DNA of 63,226 nt, filler included, from Choristocarpus tenellus KU-1152 (GCA_964200185.2; 10 parts of 10 records of this genome joined end to end with filler, not necessarily neighbours in it); one strand, 5' to 3'. Shown: positions 23,615 to 36,309, counted from the first letter of the whole stretch. The notes: generated from the sequence alone by a model not told the origin. Numbers and translations are program-made.

Positions 23615-26600
23615 CCTTTTCATTCACCAGAAATTCATCTTTGCCAACGGCAAATACTTTAAGGTCTCCCTTGGTGATCCGACCGTTTTGGAAAAGGTAG
23701 TAGTTTGCAGCATTTTAACAGTGGAAGATTGAGTGCATAGAAGAAAACAAATACAGGTTGAGAGGGGGGCGGGCCAGGACACAGGGGAATTTGCTTTGCA
23801 ATGAGGGCTACGATCAAGCGTCATATAAAGAGAATTGCCCCCATCAGTGCCAACTATAGCTGTAGTTGCAAGCGCCTCCCCAAATAATGGAGTACTTTGG
23901 AGTAGACTTTGTACTCCTAAAGCACAATATAATTGCTCTCGCCCTTGGAGTATATTTTTCAAAAATATTGTTGGCTACTGCTGCTTTTGCAAGTGCTCCC
24001 TTCTGGTCCAAGGTGAGAAAGTACGTACCTACTTCCCCTTGGGAGAGCGTGGCATATAACATGTGGAAGTTGAACAAACCTAGCTGTAGGTAAGATAAAG
24101 GAAGTACGGGGCACGCTATGCAAAACAACGTTTCGATCCAATAGAAAATGTGATACTGTGTATTTCATATTTTAGCCAAGAAATGACGACCTGGGTGTGC
24201 AAACGTTCCCTACCTCGTCAATCATACTATTATTATGATTGTTATTAGTATTATTACTACTACTATTATTGTTGCTACTTCATTGTCACAATACAATACC
24301 ACTATGTGTGTCAGTCAACATTATCACTTCGAAGTGTTACATATTCATATATTATTCCTTCAATCTTTGTACCACTCAGTACTGCTCTAGAACACCCTTT
24401 GCATCACTCCTGCATTGATGTAGGCGCCATATAAAAATATCACATTTGTTTCTAACGATGGGATAAAAAATAAGTAAATCGATTCTTTTTGTGGGATGAA
24501 AACAGAAAAATGTTATTTCTCGTGATGCGGAAAAAATAGTTCTCCCTAATATCATGAAACATTGATAAATCTTTGAACATTTTTTTTTTTGCTTTCTCAA
24601 CACTGTGCACAGACGTACCGCTCCTACGGTAGGAAGGGCATGAAAGTACTTTTTCCTTCTTTCACATTTTAAGCACAAGATATGTCTGTTCTTATTTATC
24701 GAGGACTCCACTCCATGGAGGTTGGGCAAACGGTAGCTGCATGTTCAGATGCCCGATGGCAGCAAGTTGAGGTGGCAAGACATGTATTGTGTGGGGTGCG
24801 AATAGAGTCCAACTTACCAAGCAATAACACATTTGGGTCAAAGCAGGGATAGGTTTGAAGATATATCAGCTGTTAGCAAACACGAGGATTGATATGCAGG
24901 AGGGGAAGTAGATGAGCTAAATAGTCCGTGTGAAGAGGGTATAGTGAATGGGAGCATGTACTGTGGCATGACCAAGAAGGGAAGAGATGGCGGTGTATAC
25001 AACAGCCGCAACTTATGCTCATTCACCAGTCCCATTCCGGTCCACCTTTCTGACCAGCGCTGATAGTTCCTTGTCACTCAGAAGCTCACCAAGGTTCTGG
25101 CTGCGTAGCTTCACACGCCATTTGTATGATAATTTGGAAGCATGCACCATAAAAGATGAGGGGTCAACGGGGGTTCATATAGATATGCAATGCGTTGCAC
25201 ATCATCAGTAATCAAGCAATTCGAAAACAGTTGATGATGTCATCATTCAACATCAGGTTAGGGCACACCTAAGAAAAGCCTGATCGAAGCTCTTCAGCAG
25301 TGATCTCCCTTCTCAGTTCCGAGTCAAAGTCTGCAAAGGGTATGCCATAGTCGAAGACACCTGCATATGTTACAGCACGCTCCAAGAGTTTACCTCCGCA
25401 GGATGTACAGCTCCAATCCACAGGCCTATAGATGGCACTGATGCTATAGGGTAGTTGGGAAAATGATATGAAGAAGGCATAAACGTGAGCACGTGTAGAA
25501 AGTGGAAGATCTCACCATGAAGTGAGCGCTAGTTCTTTGTTGAAAGGGTAGAAGAGGTTACTCTCAAACTTAAGGCAGGCATGTATAGGCGTTGTGTAGC
25601 CAGAGGTATGTTATGTGAAAAAGTGAGAACGAAAAGGTGACACAACAATTGATTAGAAACTCGATACAGAAGGGTAATCATTCCACAGTTTTTCTTCATG
25701 TACAAGAGGTATCTCAGTATACCATCCTGAACGCCTCAAAGTCATGCAGCATACTATACTTGATCCCTTACAGACGGTTCTTTTTATTTACCGGTATGAT
25801 AACAACACAGTACTCTCTTTCTGAACAAACTCGCCGTTGTTCCCTAGTGCGTCCTCGCGAATCATATCCCACAGATCTCTCTCCACTTGCTCCACACCAT
25901 ACTCTGCTATTCCTCTTCCAGCTTCAATGCCGCCTACCGAATTGTCTTCACTTGAATCGAAATATTTGTCCAAGCCTTCGCCAGCAACTACTCAAATGGC
26001 ATCATCCTGGGCTTCCCCAAGGTCAACCTCTTGCCGAATATTTGACTGTATCATAAAATGCTCCCGTCCTTCTTCTACACCAGCTCTGTTGTTCATAGGA
26101 ATCTCCACTCCACTACCTTACTCAGTGCCTTCCCCCATCAACACCAATTTCCTTGGGCCTCCTACACCATCTGCTACTCTCTCAACCATGTTTTTTTCTT
26201 CTGAGGGAGGCCTGAAAGTGTCCTCTTCCCTAACCACCTCTACCCTCGTTGACGCCGCCTTGGATAGCCTCCCAGTTTCTTTCCTTGGGCATTAATTTCT
26301 TGTCAAGGTCCTCCTTCTCTGCAAAGGACCGTTGTGTCTCCTGTGACTCCTTTTCATCCCCCCTTCCTCCCCCTTCTATCCCTCCTTCACCTTGTCGCCC
26401 ATCCCCTCCTCTTTCATCTACTGAACATCCTGCTCCATGCAAACCCCACTACCTCTCATTGGTAAGACACGGCAAGGGCCATCTTCTCTCCCACCCTTGT
26501 CAGGGATGCTGTGACTAGTGACTCCCTGTCTGTTCTTCACGTCCTTCTGGTTCGTGTATTCACCCCTGTCCTTGCTGATTCGTTCATCATGATCACCAGC

Positions 26601-28400
26601 AATGCGCTTGCCATCACCAAGATTAGCGAATATAATTGTGCCTTGGTCAGGGGGAATCCCTGACAAAATATCCTCACCCCTCTCTCTCTGCACTTGCTGG
26701 GCTTGGTGCGCATCCCCAACCTTCAGCAACTCCTCTGATCTAGAAGTCAATGATCCGTTGTCTATTACAAGCACAGGGCTGTGTGATTCCTCATCACCTG
26801 GGAGCACAACTCGATTGTGGTCCATCTCCTTCTTGACCTTGCTGCTTTTCTGTACACTGTAGCACCTGACAGCCTCTTCCTTAAATGATGTAATGCTCCC
26901 ACCTGTTCCATTTACAAAAATGGGCATATTATGATGTTCAATATTTTGTGCAATGGCTTGGCTCAGAGTAGTTGCAAGAAACAGACTGCAGCAGTTAATT
27001 TCTCCCTCCCGTTTCACACAGAACTCACTTGACTGGGGATTGACTCCCCCACCCTTTACATCCTGCTCTACCTCTACCTTTCCCATGACATTCATCTTCC
27101 CCCGTTAGAACATAGGCTACTCATCTGTTTATTCCTTGATACGATACAATTCCACCAGTCAACACTGACTGTTGATTGGTCTGTTGTTACGTTCTGGACG
27201 TTACTCTCACTAGTTCGTCATCACCACATCTACTACAATCAGAACACCTTAGTACAGAACAGTCGCTCTACATTCCACACAAATAGTATAGTACAGTGTA
27301 CGTCACTTGAGTTGCATCACATATTGGTTCAATTTTGTTCTCTTGTTCTCTTGTTTATTTTTTTTCAATCTTTATTCTTATCAGCAGATATGACAGTTGT
27401 CCATTGATGGTTGATTATTACTTCTTTCGTTACCGCCATTGATCCCTCAAATTGCACTAATGCCACTCAGCAAACTGTGTATCAAACACAAAGATGGATG
27501 TAATACAATCAGAATTAGAACCATCGGAGGAAACCCTTGCCAGCCAAGGTAACAAGCCTCTCCAAAGAGGATGGACTTCTTTCGTTGAGTATCGCATAAA
27601 AGAAAAACTTAATTCACATCGCATCGTTCTTGACTGAGAGATCAATGACCTCAGTTACAACAGAATAAATACATCATTCCTTTGCAGCACAATCACACCT
27701 GTATACAACATAGACTACGCATATCACTCATCGGTACTTCGCAACACCATGACTCCTGATCGCTAGTAGTCTACGCATTTTGCTTACATGCACAATGCAC
27801 TCGATTCAGGTTTCAACATCCCCTCTGCAGGCACTAGAGTCCATTGTGTAACTGGGGACTACAAAGAGGCACTGCCCATTCCCATTCCCATGCGCATGTC
27901 CATGCTCTCCTTGAATCTCATCCTCAGTTTGCACCCCAACACTGATACAGCGCCTGTCATAGTCCTCCAAAGAGAGGTCTTGGTAAGCCCTTCCATAACC
28001 CCAGTTGCATGGCTGAGGGGAGAGAGTATCTCTTCCTGATTGTTGACTACCCCAACTGACCCACCCCCTTCAAGGATCGCACTGAGAGACATAGGTCTGT
28101 CAAATATGGGAAGTTCAGTGTTACTATCGACTTCTACAGCAGGCACCTTTGGTGCCTTTGAACGGGGGGATTTGGGTTATGATGACGAAGACAAGGAAGA
28201 CCCTTCGCAATCAGGACTTCCCCAGCCAGGATCTGTTGTGCCTTCTCTTTGCTTGGCTCTCTTCACTTCTGAGACTTCAATGTTGAATTTATCTGCTCAG
28301 TGAGGCGGAGGAGTTGGTTGGAGAAGGGCACATGCTGGAGGAAATTTCAATAAGCAGGACTCTTTGCGAAGACTGGAAGATTCACACTAAGGGTTGAGGC
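23615..28400 (-). pseudogene. Multi-exon pseudogene of unknown family: long acidic low-complexity exon (about 25720-28400) plus small exons including WPVDWSCTSCGGKL
   Basis: Long frame punctuated by stops; the frame rejoins across the solo LTR (PAEG-KMNVMGK); a 90-bp GT-AG intron at 25426-25515 joins LTSW to PVDWSC in phase; further exon-like frames near 24990-25140 and 23615-24085. Confidence 0.55.
27103..27818 (+). mobile_element. Solo LTR (family B), 716 bp, 5-bp TSD TCCCC
   Basis: TCCCC|CGTTAGAACATAGGCTACTC...TTTCAACA|TCCCC; related copies begin with TG at 28522 and about 38146. Confidence 0.85.
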
Positions 28401-28521
28401 CACACGAGATGCAGTGCGTTGTACACCTCAGCACAGTGGGGTATATGGGCAGAAGCTACGAGCATATAATTTGCGCAGTATCAACATTTGGGATACCACC
28501 TAAACGAAGGTGACTCGGCTC

Positions 28522-28919
28522 TGTTCAAACATAGGCTACTCATTTGTTTCTTGTTGATATGATACACAATACTACCAGCTTGTACTGACTTTTGATTGNN
28601 NNNNNNNNACATCGATGACAGTAGATAGAAGAATATCATCAGTTGATATTCAGTTGATCCACATCACACACAGGAACATCATAGCACACGTCATCCAAGT
28701 TACTTCGGAACTTACATCAAGTGCATCCCAATGTTACCTTGTGTCCCTCTTTCTATTTTTTTTTTTGTCCCCATCTCTGTTCTTTCTTCTTTAGGCATAA
28801 GACCCCAGATGCACAGTAATTGTTGGTTATTATTTTTATTGATTGTCATTGTCCCCTCACTGAGCACCACTAGCTCACCCTGCAATAGTGCCCCAGACGC
28901 ACGCTTGGATGTAATACAC
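28522..28919 (+). mobile_element. LTR family B copy (truncated by the linker; 10-N gap at 28599-28608)
   Basis: Starts TGTTCAAACATAGGCTACTCATTTG, homologous to 27103 onward. Confidence 0.7.
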
Positions 28920-29019
28920 NNNNNNNNNNNNNNNNNNNNNNNNNNNNNNNNNNNNNNNNNNNNTTAATTAATTAANNNNNNNNNNNNNNNNNNNNNNNNN
29001 NNNNNNNNNNNNNNNNNNN
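28920..29019. other. Artificial contig linker
   Basis: N44-TTAATTAATTAA-N44. Confidence 0.98.
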
Positions 29020-29244
29020 AAAAAAATAAAATATTATTTATTTTCTTTTCCTTCCCCACCCCCCCCCCCCCCCCCCCCCCGCCTTCACTTGATAAGGGTA
29101 CATTTTCCAAATACCAAATCTAATGTAGATTATGTCACTGAAACAACTATCTTGGCTGATCATTACTGCCTAGAAACGTGTAAAGTCCTATTCTCATTAC
29201 CTGTAGACTTCTGTTGTAACTTGCCCTTTTTCTCTCTTGTTCAG

Positions 29245-29859
29245 GACACGGTTCACGGTCTGGGGTATCTGATCCCAGAGGAAACGGATAAGAAGCAAGC
29301 AATCTACAGGAAGGACAGATTTATCTGCTTCGTAGATGGTCAGCAGCTGACTTGACCACCTTGGCATCACTTCCACAAATTGCATTTCCCCCTTCTCGGT
29401 TAGTACGCTCAAAAAGACACCCCCATACCCCATCCCCAGTAATAAGCACAATTTAATTTGCTGCTAGGAGTACAAGGTACAGCAGTAAACATTTCTACAG
29501 CCTTCTGCAACCCCCCCAGAAGTCAGAGAGGGGCTGAAATCTCTCTCTCTTCTTCTCATCACTACCATCGATGTCCTTACAGTGTTTTACTCCCCAGGAA
29601 ATCATATTTTGTCCTAGAACACACTTGCTTAAGCCATGCATATTGTCCCCGCCCCTCTAACATTCTCTGATGCATGGCAATCACCAGAGCTCCAGCCGGG
29701 TGTACAGCTACAACTCTTGGGAGATGAATTTATTCGTCATGATGGAGGTGGTGCTACTTTAATGAACGTAACTGGCAAGGAAGGTCGGTACAAGGTGATG
29801 CTGGACTGTGGAGATACCAAAACCCTTCGTCTGGATTGTGAGCCCTTCCGCCTTATCAG
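29245..29859 (+). CDS. Two internal exons (29245-29338, 29688-29859) of an unknown protein, possibly with a Tudor/SH3-like barrel
   Basis: Strong polypyrimidine acceptor at 29244; phase-1 join G|AG gives ...RFICFVD-E-LQPGVQLQLLG...GRYKVMLDCGDTKTLRLDCEPFRLI; donor GTCGGT. Confidence 0.65.
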
Positions 29860-30979
29860 GTCGGTGTCCCAAACCTACTAATGGGCAATGGTCTACAAGT
29901 TGCTCAGACTGTGAGAGGGTAGGAGAGCGGATTGTTTACGAGTACATGGAACTTGTGTCATCTTATACTACTCAACAGAGATAAATTATCAGTATAATGT
30001 TGAATATATATTACTAAATGTACTTAATACACAATGTTTGCATTAGTCTGAGGAGTTCCAAACTGGCAGTTGACAGGTATTCAGAGGAATGTAGTACGCA
30101 ACACTTGAGAATGCAAGATGTTATGGAAGAAATAAGCCTAGAAAGGGATGAAAGAAGAAAAAAAGCCTATATACCTCAATGTACCTAGTAAAGCTACAAA
30201 GGGTAACAAATCAACTCATACAATTACCCCACATAAAACTGCAGAGCTCCGTCAATTCCATCAGTGACATCACTTCACCAACATACACAGGGTCAAGAGT
30301 CGAATTTTAGATTCGACAAGATTTTCTGTTCGCAACTTCAATTTGATGATCAAAACATCTTACACATTATCAACCTGTGATCTCCTCATTGATTACACAA
30401 CCTACTGCACTGCGGTACCTTCAAAACACTGCTTTCTGTGGATAGTTGATGCATCACGTCACTTGTCATAGAGTTTTTTTTTGGCAGTTGCAAGTCATCG
30501 AACAGAACAATTAATGTCGCCAACTTGTAACTCCCACACAAAGGTATGTTCGAAGCACACACTTGTTCTGATAATCCCTGTATCACATTGCCAATTTTGT
30601 CATTTCAAACTACAACACCCCCTCACTCCATACACATCGTTTCCGTATCAAGGGAGGATCAACTCACCTATTTGTTATAATCTGACTCTAGTATACTGCA
30701 GAGGATTAAAGCAATCACATTGAAGTAGATGAACTTTGGTTCTGTTTTTCTTTTCTGTTATTCCAACCTATTAATAGTAGAAATGCAACCTCTTGCAATT
30801 AATTTCCAACAACCAATACCTGGGATGGGGCATCATTTTGATGCTATCACTTATTGCCAGGTACTATGGGTAAAAGGAAGAAGAGAAAACAGAAATTCAA
30901 TATCACACAGGACCCTTCCAATCCAAACATCTCTTATCATGTATCACACAAAGGAGAGAGGAACACAAGGATAATCAAC

Positions 30980-31539
30980 CCAAAAGAGAAAGTAGCTTCC
31001 CTGGCATGGCATACCACTCATCGATGTAGTTTTTTATGCTGCCAACCTTACACACTTGTATCGTCTGTGGTGGTTTGTTGCCCTTGTACCCCATTCCTCA
31101 ACCGTGATTCAAAACTTCTCCAAGTCATCTTGCTGGCACATCTACCAAGTCCTCTTCTGCCCATCTTGCTTCCGTATTCATGTGTACATTCTTCATACAT
31201 CAATACCTTAGGGAGTCGGTCATCCTTCATGAGTGCACACCTAGGACTGTGAACAGAAGTCTACATTTTAGCCTCAACACTGTCACGTCCAGTCTTTGGA
31301 ATTTTATAGTTGTAGGACGGCGTGAGATCCTTATGTTTTGTTTTGAAAAACTGATGCAGCATAGTAGGAGAAAATCTTGGTGGTGAGAGCAAAGCTCCAC
31401 ATAGTGGTTTTGATAGAATATCCATGTCGCACAACCATATGGCAGGACCTCCAGCACTTCAGCTTTGAGCATTCAAATCATAAGCTCAAGTGATAGCCCT
31501 CTGATCCTGTTATATGGCACTTGACTGTACTTGTAGGAA
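30980..31539 (-). pseudogene. RTE-clade LINE, 3' part of ORF2 (degenerate)
   Basis: LKAEVLEVLPYGCATW...RLLF...MKDDRLPKVLMY matches the RTE motifs LLYGCETW and RMxDxRLPKxxxxG. Confidence 0.75.
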
Positions 31540-31700
31540 GGCTCAAAGTATCTGGGGGTGGGTTGCAGCCGTCCATTTGGGGCCCATTTTTCCATGTCGT
31601 GATTTTTGGGTGATTCAGTTCCATGTGTCAGATGGATAATGCAAGTGCAGTTCTCCTGGTCAGGGCCCAAACGGACACCCTGGTGTAGACCCCCCCCCCC
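31540..31700 (-). mobile_element. MITE family 2 copy, truncated at poly-C by the contig end
   Basis: GGCTCAAAGTATCTGGGG...; reverse complement of 51335-51523. Confidence 0.85.
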
Positions 31701-31800
31701 NNNNNNNNNNNNNNNNNNNNNNNNNNNNNNNNNNNNNNNNNNNNTTAATTAATTAANNNNNNNNNNNNNNNNNNNNNNNNNNNNNNNNNNNNNNNNNNNN
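31701..31800. other. Artificial contig linker
   Basis: N44-TTAATTAATTAA-N44. Confidence 0.98.
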
Positions 31801-32069
31801 GTGAAGGAGTTTCAGTCCGGTTATTGTGATTGCCCCCTTGAGCAGAGAACTTGGCACCTTTGACACTTTCACATTGTTTGCTTTACATGTTTCTTCTTCT
31901 TCCTACGTGACATATTTTCCAGAAAAATGCCAGGGGGCAAATTAACAATATTATCTCCTGCAACAACTGTAGACTATTGCTTTGTGTTGTATTCTTTACC
32001 CTTACGTTTCTTTTCTCAACATCTGCGAAATGTCAGTGGGTACAACAACAATAATAATAATAACAATAA

Positions 32070-32370
32070 TACTATACAGGAAATTTTCTACCTGCTTACT
32101 GAGGTGGCTAAAAACTTTCCACAGCAAGGTGTTGAAGTTAAACCTACGAGGGTCAAAAGAACCCTCATAGTGGGGGTGTGCTTTCGCGCCTCAACTGCAG
32201 CAGCACCTGCACCATTTGCTGATGCATGAGTGTGGCAGTTGGGATCCTGCATGCACTTCTGTAGACGTAACATCTATGAAGAAGCATTTGCCCTCGTAAG
32301 GGACTCATCCAGTGTCCCCAAGTGTCCTAGCATTGAAGACCACATCCTTGCAGCAATTCTGATCCATTGT
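32070..32370 (-). pseudogene. CRE-like non-LTR retrotransposon restriction-like endonuclease fragment, copy 1
   Basis: DVT...GAAAVEARKH..HYEGSFDPRRFNFNTL; homologous to about 32780-33040. Confidence 0.6.
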
Positions 32371-32518
32371 GAATATACTATATTATTATTTCATTGTTAT
32401 ACCCTCTAAAATTTGAAGATATGTCAGGGGGGAAACCATTCACATGTCAGTATAAGCCCTAAAGAAATAAAATATGTCACAAATGTGAGAGACAGTAATC
32501 TATTTGTTATTTCGCTAC

Positions 32519-33040
32519 CTATGTTGTACCACTGCCTTCCTGTGCCTCCAATCTACCTATTCCTGCACCCCAGGTTGAGGAGCTAGGGAGGCATCCCAAG
32601 AATCCAACAAGCCCTTCCGTGCCCACCTCCCTGGTGACTCCAGCTTAAAACGCATGACACGTCTAGACAGTGTCACTTGCGTAGTTACTGAGACAATTTG
32701 GCATAGCCTGGTTTGACCGCTCCTTTCCTGGTATATCCTCCAGTTCATCTCCCTCCCACCACTTGTGTAGCCAGCTCGTCCAGGAAACATTCCACTTGCT
32801 TGCCAAGGCATCCAAAACTTTCCAACGTGAAGGTGTTGAGGTAATAACTACGAGGATCAAAGGAACCCTCGTAGTGGGTACGCTTTCGCGCCTCAGCTGC
32901 AGCAGCAGCTACACCATTGCTGGTGGATGAGTGTGCAAGATGGGAGGTTGCCTGTACTTCTGCAAAAGTAACATCTAGCAGAAGGCATTTTTCCTGGTAG
33001 GGACCTGTTCCAGCGTCCGCAAGTGCCCCTGCATGAAAAC
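32519..33040 (-). pseudogene. CRE-like non-LTR retrotransposon REL domain and 3' end, copy 2
   Basis: LDVTFAEVQ...AAAAAEARKRTHYEGSFDPRSYYLNTFTLESFGCLGK...RLCQIVSVTTQVTLSRRV is the typical REL signature (D..K..Y..E.FG..G..Q). Confidence 0.7.
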
Positions 33041-33273
33041 CTATTTTGACACCAGTCCAAAAAAAAACTGAACTCGATCAGACAACAATATTATTATGCT
33101 ACAGTTTGGAGATGTGTGCAAGAAAAAGTCAAACCAATATTTTACTTTTTTTCTGACATTTTAAACCCATATCAAAACGATTCCTGTAAAAGTATCATTT
33201 TTCCTGACACATGCATAAAATACCATTTTTTTAATGACAACTATACATACAGCTAATGGCTTATATTTTGTTC

Positions 33274-35000
33274 ATGTAGTGGTACCAGTACCTTCGCCCT
33301 CTAGGATTGTCCCGCCATAACCTTTGATGTAGAAATTGGATTTTTTTTTAAAGCGTATTCGTGATGCACGTCAAATTGCCCTCCAGAGTACGGGCTTCTC
33401 TTTTTTTTTCCACCATTTTTTCTTTTTTTGAAGAAAGAGCGCTAATAATGGGGTTCGAACCCTGGATTGTAGGTCTCCAAGAGTGGAAACAGATGCACTA
33501 TTACTTGATTAAAGTATAGGGTTTAGACAGGAAAAAAGTCTCCCCACTCTTTCTTCCTGTATGTTCGGGCACCCACTCTTTGACCTCGGCAAGGATGTCC
33601 TTGTCGAGGCCCAGAACGAAACGCCTCTTGTAGCGCCCTTGCTCCGACACCTTCATGTAGCCCTTAGTTCGGAATTATCTCTCCCATTTACTCAAAGTTT
33701 CCGACCTGACCATCGCCTATCCTGCTGCCATCTTGAGCGCGATTTGACGGTCTTTCCCATGGTTCATATTCAGGTACAGGATTGGCAGTGTTAGAGCCTT
33801 TACTATCACATTTCCTCTTTGAGTGCCAGAAATGGGTGTCATCCGTGTTTCCTGACGGGTGATATTTTATCATCAAGGCGCAAGAGTGAGGGAGGACAGG
33901 CTTGAGTTGATTGAGAATTGTGTTGATTTCTTGAATGAATGCTGGCTGGGAGAGAGACTTAATCAACTTTATATGTTCAACCCAAAGTCCAGGATGAAAA
34001 TCAAATGTACGGCATCTTGCAAAAAGTGGGAGACACCAAACGATTGGTATGCAAATAGCCTCAATCTCACCTCCTCTTCTTCCCTGGCGTCCACGACGAT
34101 GGCTACCTCCACCTGCTTCACGACCTCTCCTGAGTAAGGGATTTGGTGGTATCGAAAAGTCTCCACAGCTGCCTTTGTTACGATCACTTTCTCCTCCGCC
34201 TTGTGAGCCCTTTCGACCTTCTTTCGGGTTTCAGGACCCTTGTAGCCCAACCCTAACACCTTCTTTCTCGTTTCCTTAAGTCACTCCGGCTCGCACAGCT
34301 TCCAAACAGCTAGGGCCTGCTGCAACTGTAGACTACTAAGATATTCTACACCCAAGTTTTCGCTTACGCGTTTCTTGAGCGCAACGGCACGCAGTTGCAC
34401 TGCTCTCCTCCCCAACCTTCCCTTCAGTCGGCCACCACGGTTCTCCCTTTGCCTGCTGTGACCAGGCTTCCCTCCAGACTTCTTCACTGTACCACCTGGT
34501 GATGGGCTCGCTGCTCTCTTCCTGCTTTCCCGAGTTGGCAGAGACTGCAGAGCAGTGCTCCGATGTGGTTGGAGATTCAACCACGTTTGTGTGGTGATGC
34601 TTTCCGTGCATCTTCTCTCAGCATCCGTGTCGCGGTCACATGACCCATTTCGCGATTTGAACATGCTGCTGCGCCACACCACTCGCACTTTCTCGTCACC
34701 TAACATTGTACTGAGTTTCACACGGTACTTGTTTTTCCCTAGCCTCTCGACAGAGAAGGTGCCGAGGGTAGATCCAGGGGGCAGAGTGACCTCAGTGGCT
34801 CTCCTTGTCTCACCATCGTGGTATATGTTGCTGTGCGTCACGCGTGTGTGTGCTTACAGAAAGTCTGCAAAAGGCGTTAAAAAGATGTCCAGAAATCTTG
34901 GGGGGGTTCGGTATTGCCACACCGGCCAAACTTGGGCAGCGACCTACCCTGGGTCAGGTTTTTGCAAGGATTTCAGCCAACCCACTTAATTTTCGTCCGT
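33274..35000 (-). mobile_element. Degenerate element with an ORF resembling the N-terminal HTH region of IS630/Tc1-like transposases, copy 1
   Basis: SKWER.FRTKGYMKVSEQGRYKRRFVLGLDKDILAEVKEW resembles the W...F...G....S..G....L.DED motif; duplicated at 35239-36132; no TIR pair seen. Confidence 0.45.
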
Positions 35001-35147
35001 GTTGAAGTCGTGACGTTCAAAATTGCACTAGAGATGCTCCCCCGCGTTTTGCCATTGTTTGATCAGAACCTTGCTCCCATTGCCCGAAGTCTGGATATTT
35101 GTGGATACAAACCTTCAAAAGTTCTTGTCATACCATTTCAATTGATA

Positions 35148-35238
35148 TATTGGATTCTTGGGATGCCTCCCTAGCTCCTCAACCCACGGCGCAGGTGTAG
35201 GCAGATTGGAGACACAGGAAGGCAGTAGTATAACATAG
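35148..35238 (+). repeat. 3' end fragment of the CRE-like element (inverted relative to 32519-32608)
   Basis: About 90-bp reverse-complement match. Confidence 0.7.
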
Positions 35239-36132
35239 ATGTAGTGGTAGCAGTACCTTCGCCCTCTAGGATTGTCCCGCCATAACCTTTGATGTAGAAA
35301 TTGGATTTTTTAAAAGCATATTCAAGATGCACGTCAAATTGCCCTCCAGTAAGGGCTTGTTTTTGTTCCCCCGCCATTTTTCCTTTTTTTGAAGAAAGAG
35401 CGCTAATAATGGGGTTCGAACCCTGGATTGTAGGTCTCCAAGAGTGGAAACAGATGCACTATTACTTGATTAAAGTATAGGGTTTAGATAGCGGAAAAGC
35501 CTCCCCACCCTTTCTTCCTGTATGTTCGGCAGCCACTCTTTGACCTCGGCAAGGATGTCCTCGTCGAGGCCCAGAACGAAACGCCTCTCGTAGCGTCCTT
35601 GCTCCGACACCTTCATGTAGCCCTAGTTAGGAAGTATCTCTCCCATTTACTCGCAGCTTCCAACCTGACCATCGCCTATCCTGCTGCCATCTCAGGCGCT
35701 GTTTGTCGGTCTTTCCCATGGTTCATAGACAGGTATAGGATTCGCAGTGTTAGAGCCTTTCTTTACTATCACATTTCCTCGTTGAGTGCCGGAAATGGGT
35801 TGCCTTCTTTCAGGATTCAGAGCCCTTGTAGCCCAACCCTAACACCTTATTTCTCTTTTCCTAAGCCACTCTGGCTCACATAGCTTCCAAACAGCTAGGG
35901 CCTGCTGCAACTGTGGACTACTAAGATATTCTACACACAGATTTTCGCTCACGCGTTTCCTGAGCACAATGGCACGCAGTTGCACTGCTCTCCTCCCCAA
36001 CCTTCCCTTCAGTCGGTCACTCTGGTTCTCCCTTCGCCTGCCGTGACCAGGCTTCCCCACAGACTTCATCACTGTACTACACCTAGTGATGGACTCGCTG
36101 CTCTCTTCCTGCTTTCGGGTCAAAGCATCTGG
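35239..36132 (-). mobile_element. Copy 2 of the Tc1-like element with an internal deletion of about 380 bp
   Basis: Matches 33274-33838, then jumps to about 34217-34530. Confidence 0.7.
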
Positions 36133-36232
36133 NNNNNNNNNNNNNNNNNNNNNNNNNNNNNNNNNNNNNNNNNNNNTTAATTAATTAANNNNNNNNNNNN
36201 NNNNNNNNNNNNNNNNNNNNNNNNNNNNNNNN
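36133..36232. other. Artificial contig linker
   Basis: N44-TTAATTAATTAA-N44. Confidence 0.98.
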
Positions 36233-36308
36233 CGTCTTGCCCGGTGATTCTCTTCACCACCCTTGTTGCCTGAGTGAACCACCCCGCCACAGAATCACAC
36301 GATTCACA
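36233..36308 (+). mobile_element. 3' end of LTR family A (...AGAATCACACGATTCACA)
   Basis: Matches 52767-52839; similarity ends exactly at CA. Confidence 0.85.
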
Positions 36309-36309
36309 T

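Noticed and set aside
23424-23732. ORFs with MYVCMYVC repeats (and VRVRVR ORFs elsewhere)
   Set aside because: These are translations of (GTAT)n and (TTAGGG)n microsatellites
25720-28400. Alternative genetic code explaining in-frame stops
   Set aside because: All three stop types occur, TE relics show the same decay, and intact genes end in standard TGA without internal stops in their core exons
29197-29451. Minus-strand 84-aa ORF as an exon
   Set aside because: The plus strand has a stronger acceptor and a phase-compatible partner exon
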